Shown: positions 1 to 15,000 of the stretch, in pieces
Layout of the letters: each line of letters begins with the position of its first letter
How positions within the stretch are numbered: the first letter of the stretch is position 1
Assembly: GCA_964016885.1 (NCBI GenBank)
Contig: OZ024757.1
Coordinates: 43,338,001-43,402,000 of the forward strand
DNA length: 64,000 bases
Direction: 5' to 3'
Origin: Eledone cirrhosa
Lineage: Eukaryota
Made by a program: the position numbers and the translations under genes
Notes under the pieces: model-generated
What the model was told of the DNA's origin: nothing
Database searches by the model: none
The model's input: the letters and a program-made list of their open reading frames with translations, nothing else

Positions 1-3000
1 CATGCGCCAAGGCCGCCGTACCGTTGTGCGCATGCGCAAAGACCGCTGGCCCTTAGTGCGCATGCGCCATGGCCGCCGGACCTTACTGCGCATGCGCTAA
101 GGCCGCCGGACCTTACTGCGCATGCGCCAAGGCCACTGGACTGTAGTGCGCATGCCCCACGGCCACTGGACAGTACTGCGCATGCGTCAAGGCCACCGGA
201 ACGTAGTGCGCATGCGCCAAGACCGCCGTACCGTTGTGCGCATGCGCCAAGGCCGCTGGACCGTACTGCGCATGCGCAAAGGCCACCGGAACGTAGGGCG
301 CATGCGCCAAGGCCGCCAGAACGTAGTGCGCATGCGCCAAGGCCGCCGGACCGTAGTGCGCATGCGCCAAGGCTGCCAGACCGTAGTGCGCATGCGCCAA
401 AGCCGCCGGACCGTACTGCGCATGTGCCAAGGCCACCGGAACGTAGTGCGCATGCGGGAAGGTCGCCGGACCGTAGTGCGCATGCGCCAAGGCCGCCGAA
501 CCGCATGCGCACAAAGGTCCGGCGGCCTTGGCGCATGCGCAGTACGGTTCGGCGGCCTTGGCGCATGCGCACGACGGTCTGGCGGCATTGGCACATGCGC
601 ACTACGGTCCGACGGCCTTGGGGCATGCGCAGTAAGATCCGGCGGTCTTGGAGCATGCGCACTACGGTCTGGCGGCCTTGGCACATGCGCACTACTGTCC
701 GACGGCCTTGGGGCATGCGCAGTACGATCCGGCGGTCTTGGATCATGCGCAGTACCGTTGCGTGGCCTTGGCGCATGCGCACTACGGTCCAGCTGCTTTG
801 GCGCATGCGCAGTACGGTTCGGCGGCCTTAGCGCATGCGCACTACGGTCCGGAGGGCTTGGCGCATGCGCAGTATGGTCCGGCGACCTTGACGCAGGCGC
901 ACTACGGTTCGGCGGCTCTGGCGCATGCGCACTGCGGTCCGGCGGCCTTGGCGCATGCGCAGTACGGTCCGGCGGCCTTAGCGCATGCGCAGTTCGGTAC
1001 TGGGACCTTGACGCATGCGCAGTACAGTCAGTCGGTCTTGGCGCATGCGCACTACGGTCCGGCGGCCTTGGCGCATGCGCAGTACGGTTCGGCGGCTTTG
1101 GCGCATGCGCACTACGGTCCGGCGGCCTTGGCACATGCGCAGTACGGTCCGGCGGCCTTAACGCATGCGCAGTTCGGTACTGCGACCTTGACGCATGCGC
1201 AGTACAGTCAGGCGGCCTTGGCGCATGCGCAGTACGGTCCGGCGGCCTTAGCGGATGCGCAGTTCGATACTGCGACCTTGACGCATGCGCAGTACAGTCA
1301 GGTGGCCTTGGCGCATGCGCAGTACGGTCCGGCGGCCTTGAAAATGGTTAAACTGCATCATAAATTACTAAAATAACTCAAAATGGCTAAATATGGACTG
1401 TACTGCGCATGCGCCAAGGCCACCAGGACGTAGTGCGCATGCGCCAAGTCCATCGGACCGTAGTGCGCATGCGCCAAGTCTGCCAGACCGTAGTGCGCAT
1501 GCGCCAAAGCCACCGGACCGTACTGCGCATGTGCCAAGGCCACCGAAACGTAGTGCGCATGCGGCAAGGTCGCCGGACCGTAGTGCGCATGCGCCAAGAC
1601 CGCCGGACCGTAGTGCGCGTGCGCCAAGGCCGCCAGACCGTAGTGCGCATGCGCCAAGGTCGCCGGGCCGTACTGCGCATGCGCCAAGGCCGCCGGGCTG
1701 TAGTGCGCATGCCCCAATGCTGCTAGACCGTAGTGCGCATGCACCAAAGCCACCGGACCGTAGTGCGCATGCGCCAAGGCTGCCGGACCGTAGTGCGCAT
1801 GCACCAAGGCCGCCGGACCGTTGTGCGCATGCGCAAAGAACGATGGCCATCTTAGTGAGCATGCGCCAAGGCCGCCGGAACGTACTGCGCATGCGCTAAG
1901 GCCGCCGGACCTTACTGCGCATGCGCCAAGGCCACTGGACAGTACTGCGCATGCGTCAAGGCCACCAGAACGTAGTGCGCATGCGCCAAGGCCGCCGTAC
2001 CGTTGTGCGCATGCGCAAAGACCGCTGGCCCTTAGTGCGCATGCGCCATGGCCGCCGGACCTTACTGCGCATGCGCCAAGGCCACTGGACTGTAGTGCGC
2101 ATGCCCCAAGGCCACTGGACAGTACTGCGCATGCGTCAAGGCCACCGGAACGTAGTGCGCATGCGCCAAGGCCGCCGTACCGTTGTGCGCATGCGCCAAG
2201 GCCACTGGACCGTACTGCGCATGCGCAAAGGCCACCGGAACGTAGTGCGCATGCGCCAAGGCCGCCGGACCGTAGTGCGCATGCGCCAAGGCTGCCAGAC
2301 CGTAGTGCGCATGCTCCAAGACCGCCGGATCTTACTGCGCATGCCCCAAGGCCGTCGGACCGTAGTGCGCATGTGCCAAGGCCGCCAGACCGTAGTGCGC
2401 ATGCGCCAAGGCCGCCGTACCGTACTGCGCATGCGCCAAGGCCGCCGGACCTTTGTGCGCATGCGGTTCGGCGGCCTTGGCGCATGCGCACTACGGTCCG
2501 GCGACCTTCCCGCATGCGCACTACGTTCCGGTGGCCTTGGCACATGCGCAGTACGGTCCGGCGGCTTTGGCGCATGCGCACTACGGTCTGGCAGCCTTGG
2601 CGCATGCGCACTACGGTCCGGCGGCCTTGGCGCATGCGCACTACGGTCCGGCGGCCTTGGCGCATGCGCACTACGTTCCGGTGGCCTTGGCGCATGCGCA
2701 GTACGCTCCAGTGGCCTTGGCGCATGCGCAGTAAGGTCCGGCGGCTTTGGCGCATGCGCACTATGGTCTGTCAGTCTTGGCGCATGCGCACTACGGTCCG
2801 GCGGCCTTGGCGCATGCGCACTACGTTCCGGCGGCCTTGGCGCATGCGCACTACGTTCCGGTGGCCTTTGCGCATGCGCAGTACGGTCCAGCGGCCTTGG
2901 CGCATGCGCACAACGGTACGGCGGCCTTGGCGCATGCGCACTACGTTCCGGTGGCCTTGACGCATGCGCAGTACTGTCCAGTGGCCTTGGGGCATGCGCA

Positions 3001-5814
3001 CTACAGTCCAGTGGCCTTGGCGCATGCGCAGTAAGGTCCGGCGGCCATGGCGCATGCGCACTAAGGGCCAGCGGTCTTTGCGCATGCGCACAACGGTACG
3101 GCGGCCTTGGCGCATGCGCACTACGTTCTGGTGGCCTTGACGCATGCGCAGTACTGTCCAGTGGCCTTGGCGCATGCGCAGTAAGGTCCGGCGGCCTTAG
3201 CGCATGCGCAGTACGTTCCGGCGGCCTTGGCGCATGCGCACTACGGTTCGGCGGCTCTGGCGCATGCGCACTACGGTCCGGCGGTCTTGGTGCATGCGCA
3301 GTACGGTACTGGGACCTTGATGCATGCGCAGTACAGTCAGGCGGCCTTGGCGCATGCGCACTACGGTCCGGCGGCCTTGGCGCATGCGCAGTACGGTCCG
3401 GCGGCCTTAGCGCATGCGCAGTTCGGTACTGCGACCTTGACGCATGCGCAGTACAGTCAGGCGGCCTTGGCACATGCGCACTACGGTCCGGCGGCCTTGG
3501 CGCATGCGCAGTATGGTCCGACGGCCTTGGCGCATGTGCACTATGTATCGGCGGCCTTGGCGCATGCGCACTACGGTTCGGCGGCTTTGGCGCATGCGCA
3601 CTACGATCCGGCGGCCTTGGCGCATGCGCACTACGGTCCGGCGGCCTTGGCGCATGCGCACTACGGTCATATGGCCTTGGCGCATGCGCACTACGGTACT
3701 GCGGCCTTGTCGCATGCGCAGTACGGTACTGCGGACTTGGCGCATGCGCAGTACGGTCAGGCGGCTTTGGCCCATGCGCACTACGGTCCGGCGGGCTTGG
3801 CGCATGCGCAGTATGGTCCGGCGACCTTGACGCATGCGCACTATGGTTCGGCGGCTCTGGCGCATGCGCACTGCGGTCCGGCGACCTTGGCGCATGCGCA
3901 ATACGGTCCGGCGGCCTTAGCGCATGCGCAGTTCGGTACTGGGACCTTGACGCATGCGCAGTACAGTCAGGCGACCTTGGCGCATGCGCACTACGGTCCG
4001 GCGGCCTTGGCGCATGCGCAGTACGGTCCGGCGGCCTTAACGCATGCGCAGTTCGGTACTGCGACCTTGACGCATGCGCAGTACAGTCAGGCGGCCTTGG
4101 CGCATGCGCATTACGGTCCGGCGGCCTTAGCGCATGCGCAGTTCAGTACTGCGACCTTGACGCATGCGCAGTACAGTCAGGTGGCCTTGGCGCATGCGCA
4201 CTACGGGCCCGCGTCTTTGGCGCATGCGCACTACGGCCCGGCGGCCTTGGCGCATGCGCAGTATGGTCCGGCGGCCTTGGCGCATGCGCACTACGGTTCG
4301 GCGGCTCTGGCGCATGCGCACTACGGTCCGGCGGTCTTGGTGCATGCGCAGTACGGTACTGGGACTTTGATGCATGCGCAGTACAGTCAGGCGGCCTTGG
4401 CGCATGCGCACTACGGTCCGGCGGGCTTGGCGCATGCGCAGTACGGTGCGCAAAGAACGATGGCCCTTAGTGCGCATGCGCCAAGCTAGCCGGAACGTAC
4501 TGCGCATGCGCTAAGGCCGCCGGACCTTACTGCGCATGCGCCAAGGCCACTGGACAGTACTGCGCATGCGTCAAGGCCACCGGAACGTAGTGCGCATGCG
4601 CCAAGGACGCCGTACCATTGTGCGCATGCGCAAAGACCGCTGGCCCTTAGTGCGCATGCGCCATGGCCGCCGGACCTTACTGCGCATGCGCTAAGGCCGC
4701 CGGGCCTTACTGCGCATGCGCCAAGGCCACTGGACTGTATTGCGCAGGCTCCAAGGCCAGCAGGACGTAGTGCGCATGCGCCAAGGCCATCGGACCGTAG
4801 TGCGCATGCGCCAAGTCTGCCAGACCGTAGTGCGCATGCGCCAAAGCCACCGGACCGTACTGCGCATGTGCCAAGGCCTCCGGAACGTAGTGCGCATGCG
4901 GTAAGGTCGCCGGACCGTAGTGCGCATGCGCCAAGACCGCCGGACCGTAGTGCGCGTGCGCCAAGGCCGCCAGACCGTAGTGCGCATGCGCCAAGGTCGC
5001 CGGGCCGTACTGCGCATGCGCCAAGGCCGCCGGGCTGTAGTGCGCATGCCCCAATGCTGCTAGACCGTAGTGCGCATGCACCAAAGCCGCCGGACCGTAG
5101 TGCGCATGCGCCAAGGCCGCCGGACCGTAGTGCGCATGCACCAAGGCCGCCGGACCGTTGTGCGCATGCGCAAAGAACGATGGCCCTTAGGGCGCATGCG
5201 CCAAGGCCGCCGGAACGTACTGCGCATGCGCTAAGGCTGCCGGAACTTACTGCGCATGCGCCAAGGCCACTGGACAGTACTGCGCATGCGCCAAGGCCAC
5301 CGGAACGTAGTGCGCATGCACCAAAGCCGCCGGACCGTAGTGCGCAGGCGCCAAGGCCGCCGGACCGTTGTGCGCATGCGCACTACGGTCTGGCAGCATT
5401 GGCGCATGCGCACTGCGGTCTGGCAGACTTGGCGCATGCGCACTACGGTCCGATGGCCTTGGCGCGTGCGCACTACGTTCTGGTGGCCTTGGCGCATGCA
5501 CAGTACGGTCCAGTGGCCTTGGCGCATGCGCACAACGGTCCGGCGGCCTTGGCGCATGCGCACTACGGTCCGGCAGCTTTGGTGCATGCGCACTACGGTC
5601 TGGCAGCATTGGCGCATGCGCACTACGGTCCGGCGGCCTTGGCGCATGCGCAGTACGGCCCGGCGGCCTTGGCGCATGCGCACTACGGTCCGGCGGCCTT
5701 GGCGCATGCGCACTACGGTCCGGCGGCGTTGGCGCATGCGCACTACGGTTCGGAGGCCTTGGCGCATGCGCACTACGGTCCGACGTCCTTGACGCATGTG
5801 CAGTACGGTCCGGA

Positions 5815-6080
5815 TGACTTTTTAGCCATTTTAAGCCTTTGTGTTGCCATATTTAGCCATTTTGAGTTATTTTAGTAATTTATGATGCAGTTTAACCATT
5901 TTAGAGCCATTTATAGTCATTTTAGACGTTTCAGTCGAGTTAGAGTCATTCTAGTCAATTATGATACGGTTTTAGCATTTTATTGTCACTTTAGTCATTT
6001 ATTATGCCGTCTTAGCCATTTTGTTGTAATTTCAGACATACATGATGACATTTCGGCCATGTTAGTCCTTTTTGATGACG
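5815..6080. repeat. AT-rich spacer of ~265 bp; near-identical copies at 8045-8312, 14328-14595 and 22048-22315, inverted fragment at 1341-1395
   Basis: The string gatgactttttagccattttaagcctt...gttagtcctttttgatgacg recurs almost verbatim. 1341-1395 is the reverse complement of ~5848-5902. Confidence 0.93.
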
Positions 6081-9000
6081 TGCCCATGCGCCAAGACCGC
6101 CAGACCGTACTGCGCACGCGCCGAGACGGCCTGATCGTAGTGCGCATGCGCCAAAGCCGCCTAACCGTAGTGCGCATGCGCCAAGGCCGCCGATACATAG
6201 TGCACATGCGCCAAGGCCGTCGGACCATACTGCGCATGCGCCAAGGGCGCCGGACAGTTGTGCGCATGCACCAAGGCCGCCTGACTTACTGCGCATGCGT
6301 CAAGGTCGCAGTACCGAACTGCGCATGCGCTAAGGCCTCCGGACCGTACTGCGCATGCGCCAAGGCCACCTGACTGTACTGCGCATGCGTGAAGGTCGCA
6401 GTACCGAACTGCGCATGCGCTAAGGCCGCCGGACCGTACTGCGCATGCGCCAAGGCCGCCGGACCGTAGTGCGCATGCGCCAAGGCCGCCTGACTGTACT
6501 GCGCATGCATCAAGGTCCCAGTACCGTACTGCGCATGCACCAAGACCGCCGGACCGTAGTGCGCATGCGCCAGAGCCGCCGAACCGTAGTGCGCATGCGC
6601 CAAGGCCGCCGGACCATACTGCGCATGCGCCAAGGCCGCCGGGCCGTAGTGCGAATCCTCCAAAGACGCGGGCCCGTAGTGCGCATGCGCCAAGGCCACC
6701 TGACTGTACTGCGCATGCGTCAAGGTCGCAGTACTGAACTGCGCATGCGCTAAGGCCGCCGGACCGTACTGCGCATGCGCCAAGGCCGCCGGACCGCAGT
6801 GCGCATGCGCCAGAGCCGCCGAACCGTAGTGCGCCTGCGTCAAGGTCGCCGAACCATACTGCGCATGCGCCAAGCCCGCCGGACCGTAGTGCGCATGCGC
6901 CAAAGCAGCTGGACCGTAGTGCGCATGCGCCAAGGCCACGGGACGGTACTGCGCATGCTCCAAGACCGCCGGATCGTACTGCGCATGCCCCAAGGCCGTC
7001 GGACAGTAGTGCGCATGTGCCAAGGCCGCCAGACCGTAGTGCGCATGCTCCAAGACCGCCGGATCTTACTGCGCATGCCCCAAGGCCGTCGGACCGTAGT
7101 GCGCATGTGCCAAGGCCGCCAGACCGTAGTGCGCATGCGCCAAGGCCGCCGAACCGTACTGCGCATGCGCCAAGGCCGCCGGACCTTTGTGCGCATGCGG
7201 TTCGGCGGCCTTGGCGCATGCGCACTACGGTCCGGCGACCTTCCCGCATGCGCACTACGTTCCGGTGGCCTTTGCGCATGCGCAGTACGGTCCAGCGGCC
7301 TTGGCGCATGCGCACAACGGTACGGCGGCCTTGGCGCATGCGCACTACGTTCCGGTGGCCTTGACGCATGCGCAGTACTGTCCAGTGGCCTTGGGGCATG
7401 CGCACTACAGTCCAGTGGCCTTAGCGCATGCGCAGTAAGGTCCGGCGGCCATGGCGCATGCGCACTAAGGGTCAGCGGTCTTTTCGCATGCGCACAACGG
7501 TCCGGCGGCCTTGGCGCATGCACACTACGGCCCGGCGGCCTTGGCGCCTGCGCACTACGGTCCGGCGGCTTTGGTTCATGCGCACTACGGTCTGGCAGCA
7601 TTGGCGCATGCGCACTACGGTCTGGCAGACTTGGCGCATGCGCACTACGGTCCGATGGCCTTGGCGCGTGCGCACTACGTTCTGGTGGCCTTGGCGCATG
7701 CACAGTACGGTCCAGTGGCCTTGGCGCATGCGCACAACGGTCCGGCGGCCTTGGCGCATGCGCACTACGGTCCGGCAGCTTTGGTGCATGCGCACTACGG
7801 TCTGGCAGCATTGGCGCATGCGCACTACGGTCCGGCGGCCTTGGCGCATGCGCAGTACGGCCCGGCGGCCTTGGCGCATGTGCACTACGGTCTGGCGGCA
7901 TTGGCGCATGCGCACTACGGTCCGGCGGCCTTGGCGCATGCGCACTACGGTCCGGCGGCGTTGGCGCATGCGCACTACGGTTCGGAGGCCTTGGCGCATG
8001 CGCACTACGGTCCGACGTCCTTGACGCATGTGCAGTACGGTCCGGATGACTTTTTAGCCATTTTAAGCCTTTGTGTTGCCATATTTAGCCATTTTGAGTT
8101 ATTTTAGTAATTTATGATGCAGTTTAACCATTTTAGAGCCATTTATAGTTATTTTAGACGTTTCAGTCGTGTTAGAGTCATTCTAGTCAATTATGATACG
8201 GTTTTAGCATTTTATTGTCACTTTAGTCATTTATTATGCCGTCTTAGCCATTTTGTTGTAATTTCAGACATACATGATGACATTTCGGCCATGTTAGTCC
8301 TTTTTGATGACGTGCCCATGCGCCAAGACCGCCAGACCGTACTGCGCACGCGCCGAGACGGCCTGATCGTAGTGCGCATGCGCCAAAGCCGCCTAACCGT
8401 AGTGCGCATGCGCCAAGGCCGCCGATACATAGTGCACATGCGCCAAGGCCGTCGGACCATACTGCGCATGCACCAAGGGCGCCGGACCGTTGTGCGCATG
8501 CGCCAAGGCCACCTGACTGTACTGCGCATGCGTCAAGGTCGCAGTACCGAACTGCGCATGCGCTAAGGCCGCCGGACCGTAGTGCGCATGCACCAAGGCC
8601 GCCGGACCGTTGTGCCCATGCGCAAAGAACGATGGCCCTTAGTGCGCATGCGCCAAGGCCGTCGGAACGTACTGCGCATGCGCTAAGGCCGCCGGACCTT
8701 ACTGCGCATGCGCCAAGGCCACTGGACAGTACTGCGCATGCGCCAAGGCCACCGGAACGTAGTGCGCATGCGCCAAGGCCGCCGTACCGTTGTGCGCATG
8801 CGCCAAGGCCGCTGGACCGTACTGCGCATGCGCAAAGGCCACCGGAACGTAGTGCGCATGCGCCAAGGCCGCCGGAACGTAGTGCGCATGCGCGAAGGCC
8901 GCCGGACCGTAGTGCGCATGCGCCAAAACTGACAGACCATAGTGCGCATGCGCCAAAGCCGCCGGACCTTACTGCGCATGCGCCAAGGCCACTGGAGCGT

Positions 9001-12000
9001 ACTGCGCATGCGCCAAGGCCACCGTAACGTAGTACGCATGCGCCAAGGCCGCCGGACCGTAGTGCGCATGCGCCAATGCTGCCAGACCGTAGTGCGCATG
9101 CACCAAAGCCGCCGGACCGTAGTGCGCAGGCGCCAAGGCCGCCGGGCCGTAGTGTGCATGCGCCAAGGCCGCCGGACCGTTGTGCGCATGCGCAAAGACC
9201 GCTGACCCTTAGTGCGCATGCGCCATGGCCGCCGGACCTTACTGCGCATGCGCTAAGGCCGCCGGACCTCACTGCGCATGCGCCAAGGCCACTGGACTGT
9301 ACTGCGCATGCGCCAAGGCCACCAGGACGTAGTGCGCATGCGCCAAGGCCATCGGACCGTAGTGCGCATGCGCCAAGTCTGCCAAACCGTAGTGCGCATG
9401 CGCCAAAGCCACCGGACCGTACTGCGCATGTGCCAAGGCCACCGGAACGTAGTGCGCATGCGGCAAGGCCGCCGGACCGTAGTGCGCATGAGCCAAGACC
9501 GCCGGACCGTAGTGCGCGTGCGCCAAGGCCGCCAGACCGTAGTGCGCATGCGCCAAGGTCGCCGGGCCGTACTGCGCATGCGCCAAGGCCGCCGGGCTGT
9601 AGTGCGCATGCTCCAATGCTGCTAGACCGTAGTGCGCATGCACCAAAGCCGCCGGACCGTAGTGCGCATGCGCCAAGGCCGCCGGACCGTAGTGCGCATG
9701 CACCAAGGCTGCCGGACCGTTGTGCGCATGCGAAAAGAACGATGGCCCTTAGTGCGCATGCGCCAAGGCCGCCGGAACGTACTGCGCATGCGCTAAGGCC
9801 GCCGGACCTTACTGCGCATGCGCCAAGGCCACTGGACAGTACTGCGCATGCGTCAAGGCCACCGGAACGTAGCGCGCATGCGCCAAGGCCGCCGTACCAT
9901 TGTGCGCATGCGCAAAGACCGCTGGCCCTTAGTGCGCATGCGCCATGGCCGCCGGACCTTACTGCGCATGCGCTAAGGCCGCCGGGCCTTACTGCGCATG
10001 CGCCAAGGCCACTGGACTGTACTGCGCAGGCGCCAAGGCCAGCAGGACGTAGTGCGCATGCGCCAAGGCCATCGGACCGTAGTGCGCATGCGCCAAGTCT
10101 GCCAGACCGTAGTGCGCATGCGCCAAAGCCACCGGACCGTACTGCGCATGTGCCAAGGCCACCGGAACGTAGTGCGCATGCGGCAAGGTCGCCGGACCGT
10201 AGTGCGCATGCGCCAAGACCGCCGGACCGTAGTGCGCGTGCGCCAAGGCCGCCAGACCGTAGTGCGCATGCGCCAAGGTCGCTGGGCCGTACTGCGCATG
10301 CGCCAAGGCCGCCGGGCTGTAGTGCGCATGCCCCAATGCCGCTAGACCGTAGTGCGCATGCACCAAAGCCGCCGGACCGTAGTGCGCATGCGCCAAGGCC
10401 GCCGGACCGTAGTGCGCATGCACCAAGGCCGCCGGACCGTTGTGCGCATGCGCAAAGAACGATGGCCCTTAGTGCGCATGCGCCAAGGCCGCCGGAACGT
10501 ACTGCGCATGCGCTAAGGCTGCCGGACCTTACTGCGCATGCGCCAAGGCCACTGGACAGTACTGCGCATGCGCCAAGGCCACCGGAACGTAGTGCGCATG
10601 CACCAAAGCCGCCGGACCGTAGTGCGCAGGCGCCAAGGCCGCCGGACCGTTGTGCGCATGCGCAATGACCGCTGGCCCTTAGTGCGCATGCGCCATGGCC
10701 GCCGGACCTTACTGCGCATGCGATAAGGCCACTGGACCGTAGTGCGCATGCGCTAAGGCTGCCGGACCTTACTGCGCATGCGCCAAGGCCACTGGACAGT
10801 ACTGCGCATGCGCCAAGGCCACCGGAACGTAGTGCGCATGCGCCAAGGCCGCCGGAACGTAGTGCGCATGCGGGAAGGTCGCCGGACAGTAGTGCGCATG
10901 CGCCGAGGCCACCGAACCGCATGCGCACAAAGATCCGGCGGCCTTGGCGCATGCGCAGTACGGTTCGGCGGCCTTGGCGCATGCGCACTACGGTTCGGCG
11001 GCTTTGGCGCATGCGCACTACGATCCGGCGGCCTTGGCGCATGCGCACTACGGTCCGGCAGCCTTGGCGCATGCGCACTACGGTCATGTGGCCTTGGCGC
11101 ATGCGCACTACGGTACTGCGGCCTTGTCGCATGCGCACTACGGTCCGGTGGCTTTGGCGCATGCGCACTACGGTCCGGCGACCTTGGCGCATGTGCAGTA
11201 CGGTCCGGTGGCCTTGGCGCATGCGCACTACGGTCCAGCTGCTTTGGCGCATGCGCAGTACGGTTCGGCGGCCTTAGCGCATGCGCACTACGGTCCGGCG
11301 GGCTTGGCGCATGCGCAGTATGGTCCGGCGACCTTGACGCATGCGCACTACGGTTCGGCGGCTCTGGCGCATGCGCACTGCGGTCCGGCGGCCTTGGCGC
11401 ATGCGCAGTACGGTCCGGCGGCCTTAGCGCATGCGCAGTTCGGTACTGGGACCTTGACGCATGCGCAGTACAGTCAGGCGGCCTTGGCGCATGCGCACTA
11501 CGGTCCGGCGGCCTTGGCGCATGCGCACTACGGTCCGGCGGCCTTGGCACATGCGCAGTACGGTCCGGCGTCCTTAACGCATGCGCAGTTCGGTACTGCG
11601 ACCTTGACGCATGCGCAGTACAGTCAGGCGGCCTTGGCGCATGCGCAGTACGGTCCAGCGGCCTTAGCGCATGCGCAGTTCGGTACTGCGACCTTGACGC
11701 ATGCGCAGTACAGTGAGGTGGCCTTGGCGCATGCGCACTACGGTCCGGCGTCTTTGGCGCATGCGCAGTATGGTCCGGCGGCCTTAGCGCATGCGCACTA
11801 CGGTTCGGCGGCTCTGGCGCATGCGCACTACGGTCCGGCGGTCTTGGTGCATGCGCAGTACGGTACTGGGACCTTGATGCATGCGCAGTACAGTCAGGCG
11901 GCCTTGGCGCATGCGTACTACGGTCCGGCGGCCTTGGCACATGCGCACTACAGTCCGGCGGCCTTAACGCCTGCGCAGTTCGGTACTGCGACCTTGACGC

Positions 12001-15000
12001 ATGCGCAGTACAGTCAGGCGGCCTTGGCGCATGCGCAGTACGGTCCGGCGGCCTTAGCGCATGCGCAGTTCGGTACTGCGACCTTGACGCATGCGCAGTA
12101 CAGTCAGGTGGCCTTGGCGCATGCGCACTACGGCTCGGCGTCTTTGGCGCATGCGCACTACGGCCCGGCGGCCTTGGCGCATGCGCAGTATGGTCCGGCG
12201 GCCTTGGCGCATGCGCACTACGGTTCGGCGGCTCTGGCGCATGCGCACTACGGTCCGGCGGTCTTGGTGCATGCGCAGTACGGTACTGGGAACTTGATGC
12301 ATGCGCAGTACAGTCAGGCGGCCTTGGCGCATGCGCACTACGGTCCGGCGGCCTTGGCGCATGCGCAGTACGGTCCGGCGGCCTTAGCGCATGCGCAGTT
12401 CGGTACTGCGACCTTCACGCATGCGCAGTACAGTCAGGTGGCCTTGGCGCATGCGCAGTACGGTCCGGCGGCCTTAGCGCATGCGCAGTTCGGTACTGCG
12501 GCCTTGACGCATGCGCAGTACAGTCAGGCGGCCTTGGCGCATGCGCACAACGGTCCGGCGCCCTTGGCGCATGCGCAGTATGGTCCGACGGCCTTGGCGC
12601 ATGTGCACTATGTATCGGCGGCCTTGGCGCATGCGCACTATGTATCGGCGGCTTTGGTGCATGCGCACTACGGTCTAGCAGCATTGGGGCATGCGCACTA
12701 CAGCCCGGCGGCCTTGGCGCATGCGCAGTACGGCCCGGCGACCTTGGCGCATGCGCACTACGGTCTGGCGGCCTTGGCGCACGCGCACTACGGTCCGGCG
12801 GTCTTGGCGCATGCGCACTACGGTCTGGCGACCTTGCCGCATGCGCACTACGTTCCGGTGGCCTTGGCACATGCGCAGTACGGTCCGGTGGCTTTGGCGC
12901 ATGCGCACTACGGTCTGGTGGCCTTGGCGCATGCGCAGTACAGTCCACTGGCCTTGGCGCATGCGCAGTAAGGACCGGCGGCCTTAGCGCATGCTCAGTA
13001 AGGTCCGACGGCCATGGCGCATGCGCACTAAGGGCCAGCGGTCTTTGCGAATGCGCACAACGGTACGGCGGCCTTGGCGCATGCGCACTACGTTCCGGTG
13101 GCCTTGACGCATGCACAGTACTGTCCAGTGGCCTTGGCGCATGCGCAGTAAGGTCCGGCGGCCTTAGCGCATGCGCAGTACGTTCCGGCGGCCTTGGCGC
13201 ATGCGCACTAAGGGCCATCGTTCTTTGCGCATGCGCACAACGGTCCGGCGGCCTTGGTGCATGCGCACTACGGTCCGGCGGCCTTGGCGCATGCGCACTA
13301 CGGTCCTGCGGCTTTGGTGCATGCGCACTACGGTCTAGCAGCATTGGGGCATGCGCACTACAGCCCGGCGGCCTTGGCGCATGCGCAGTACGGCCCGGCG
13401 ACCTTGGCGCATGCGCACTACGGTCTGGCGGCCTTGGCGCACGCGCACTACAGTCCGGCGGTCTTGGTGCATGCGCACTACGGTCCGGCGACCTTGTCGC
13501 ATGCGCACTACGTCCTGGTGGCCTTGGCGCATGCGCAGTACAGTCCAGTGGCCTTGGCGCATGCACAGTAAGGTCCGGCGGCCTTAGCGCCTGCGCAGTA
13601 AGGTCCGGCGCCATGGCGCATGCGCACTAAAGGCCAGCGGTCTTTGCGCATGCGCAAAATGGTCCGGCGGCCTTGGCGCATGCACACTACGGCCCGGCGG
13701 CCTTGGCGCCTGCGCACTACGGTCCGGCGGCTTTGGTGCATGCGCACTACGGTCTGGCAGCATTGGCGCATGCGCACTACGGTCCGGCGGTCTTGGCGCA
13801 TGCGCACTACGGTCCGGCGACCTTGCCGCATGCGCACTACGTTCCGGTGGCCTTGGCACATGCGCAGTACGGTCCGGTGGCTTTAGCGCATGCGCACTAC
13901 GGTCTGACAGACTTGGCGCATGCGCACTACGGTCCGATGGCCTTGGCGCGTGCGCACTACGGTCCGATGGCCTTGGCGCGTGCGCACTACGGTCCAGTGG
14001 CCTTGGCGCATGCGCACAACGGTCCGGCGGCCTTGGCGCATGCGCACTACGGTCCGGCAGCTTTGGTGCATGCGCACTACGGTCTGGCAGCATTGGCGCA
14101 TGCGCACTACGGTCCGGCGGCCTTGGCGCATGCGCAGTACGGCCCGGCGGCCTTGGCGCATGCGCACTACGGTCTGGCGGCCTTGGCGCATGCGCACTAC
14201 GGTCCGGCGGCCTTGGCGCATGCGCACTACGGTCCGGCGGCGTTGGCGCATGCGCACTACGGTTCGGAGGCCTTGGCGCATGCGCACTACGGTCCGACGT
14301 CCTTGACGCATGTGCAGTACGGTCCGGATGACTTTTTAGCCATTTTAAGCCTTTATGTTGCCATATTTAGCCATTTTGAGTTATTTTAGTAATTTATGAT
14401 GCAGTTTAACCATTTTAGAGCCATTTATAGTTATTTTAGACGTTTCAGTCGTGTTAGAGTCATTCTAGTCAATTATGATACGGTTTTAGCATTTTATTGT
14501 CACTTTAGTCATTTATTATGCCGTCTTAGCCATTTTGTTGTAATTTCAGTCATACATGATGACATTTCGGCCATGTTAGTCCTTTTTGATGACGTGCCCA
14601 TGCGCCAAGACCGCCAGACCGTACTGCGCACGCGCCGAGACGGCCTGATCGTAGTGCGAATGCGCCAAAGCCGCCTAACCGTAGTGCGCATGCGCCAAGG
14701 CCGCCGATACACAGTGCACATGCGCCAAGGCCGTCGGACCATACTGCGCATGCGCCAAGGGCGCCGGACCGTTGTGCTCATGCGCCCAGGCCGCCTGACT
14801 GTACTGCGCATGCGTCAAGGCCGCAGTACCGAACTGCGCATGCGCTAAGGCCGCCGGACCGTACTGCGCATGCGCCAAGGCTACCTGACTGTACTGCGCA
14901 TGCGTCAAGGTCGCAGTACCGAACTGCGCATGCGCTAAGGCCGCCGGACCGTACTGCGCATGCGCCAAGGCCGCCGGACCGTAGTGCGCATGCGCCAAGG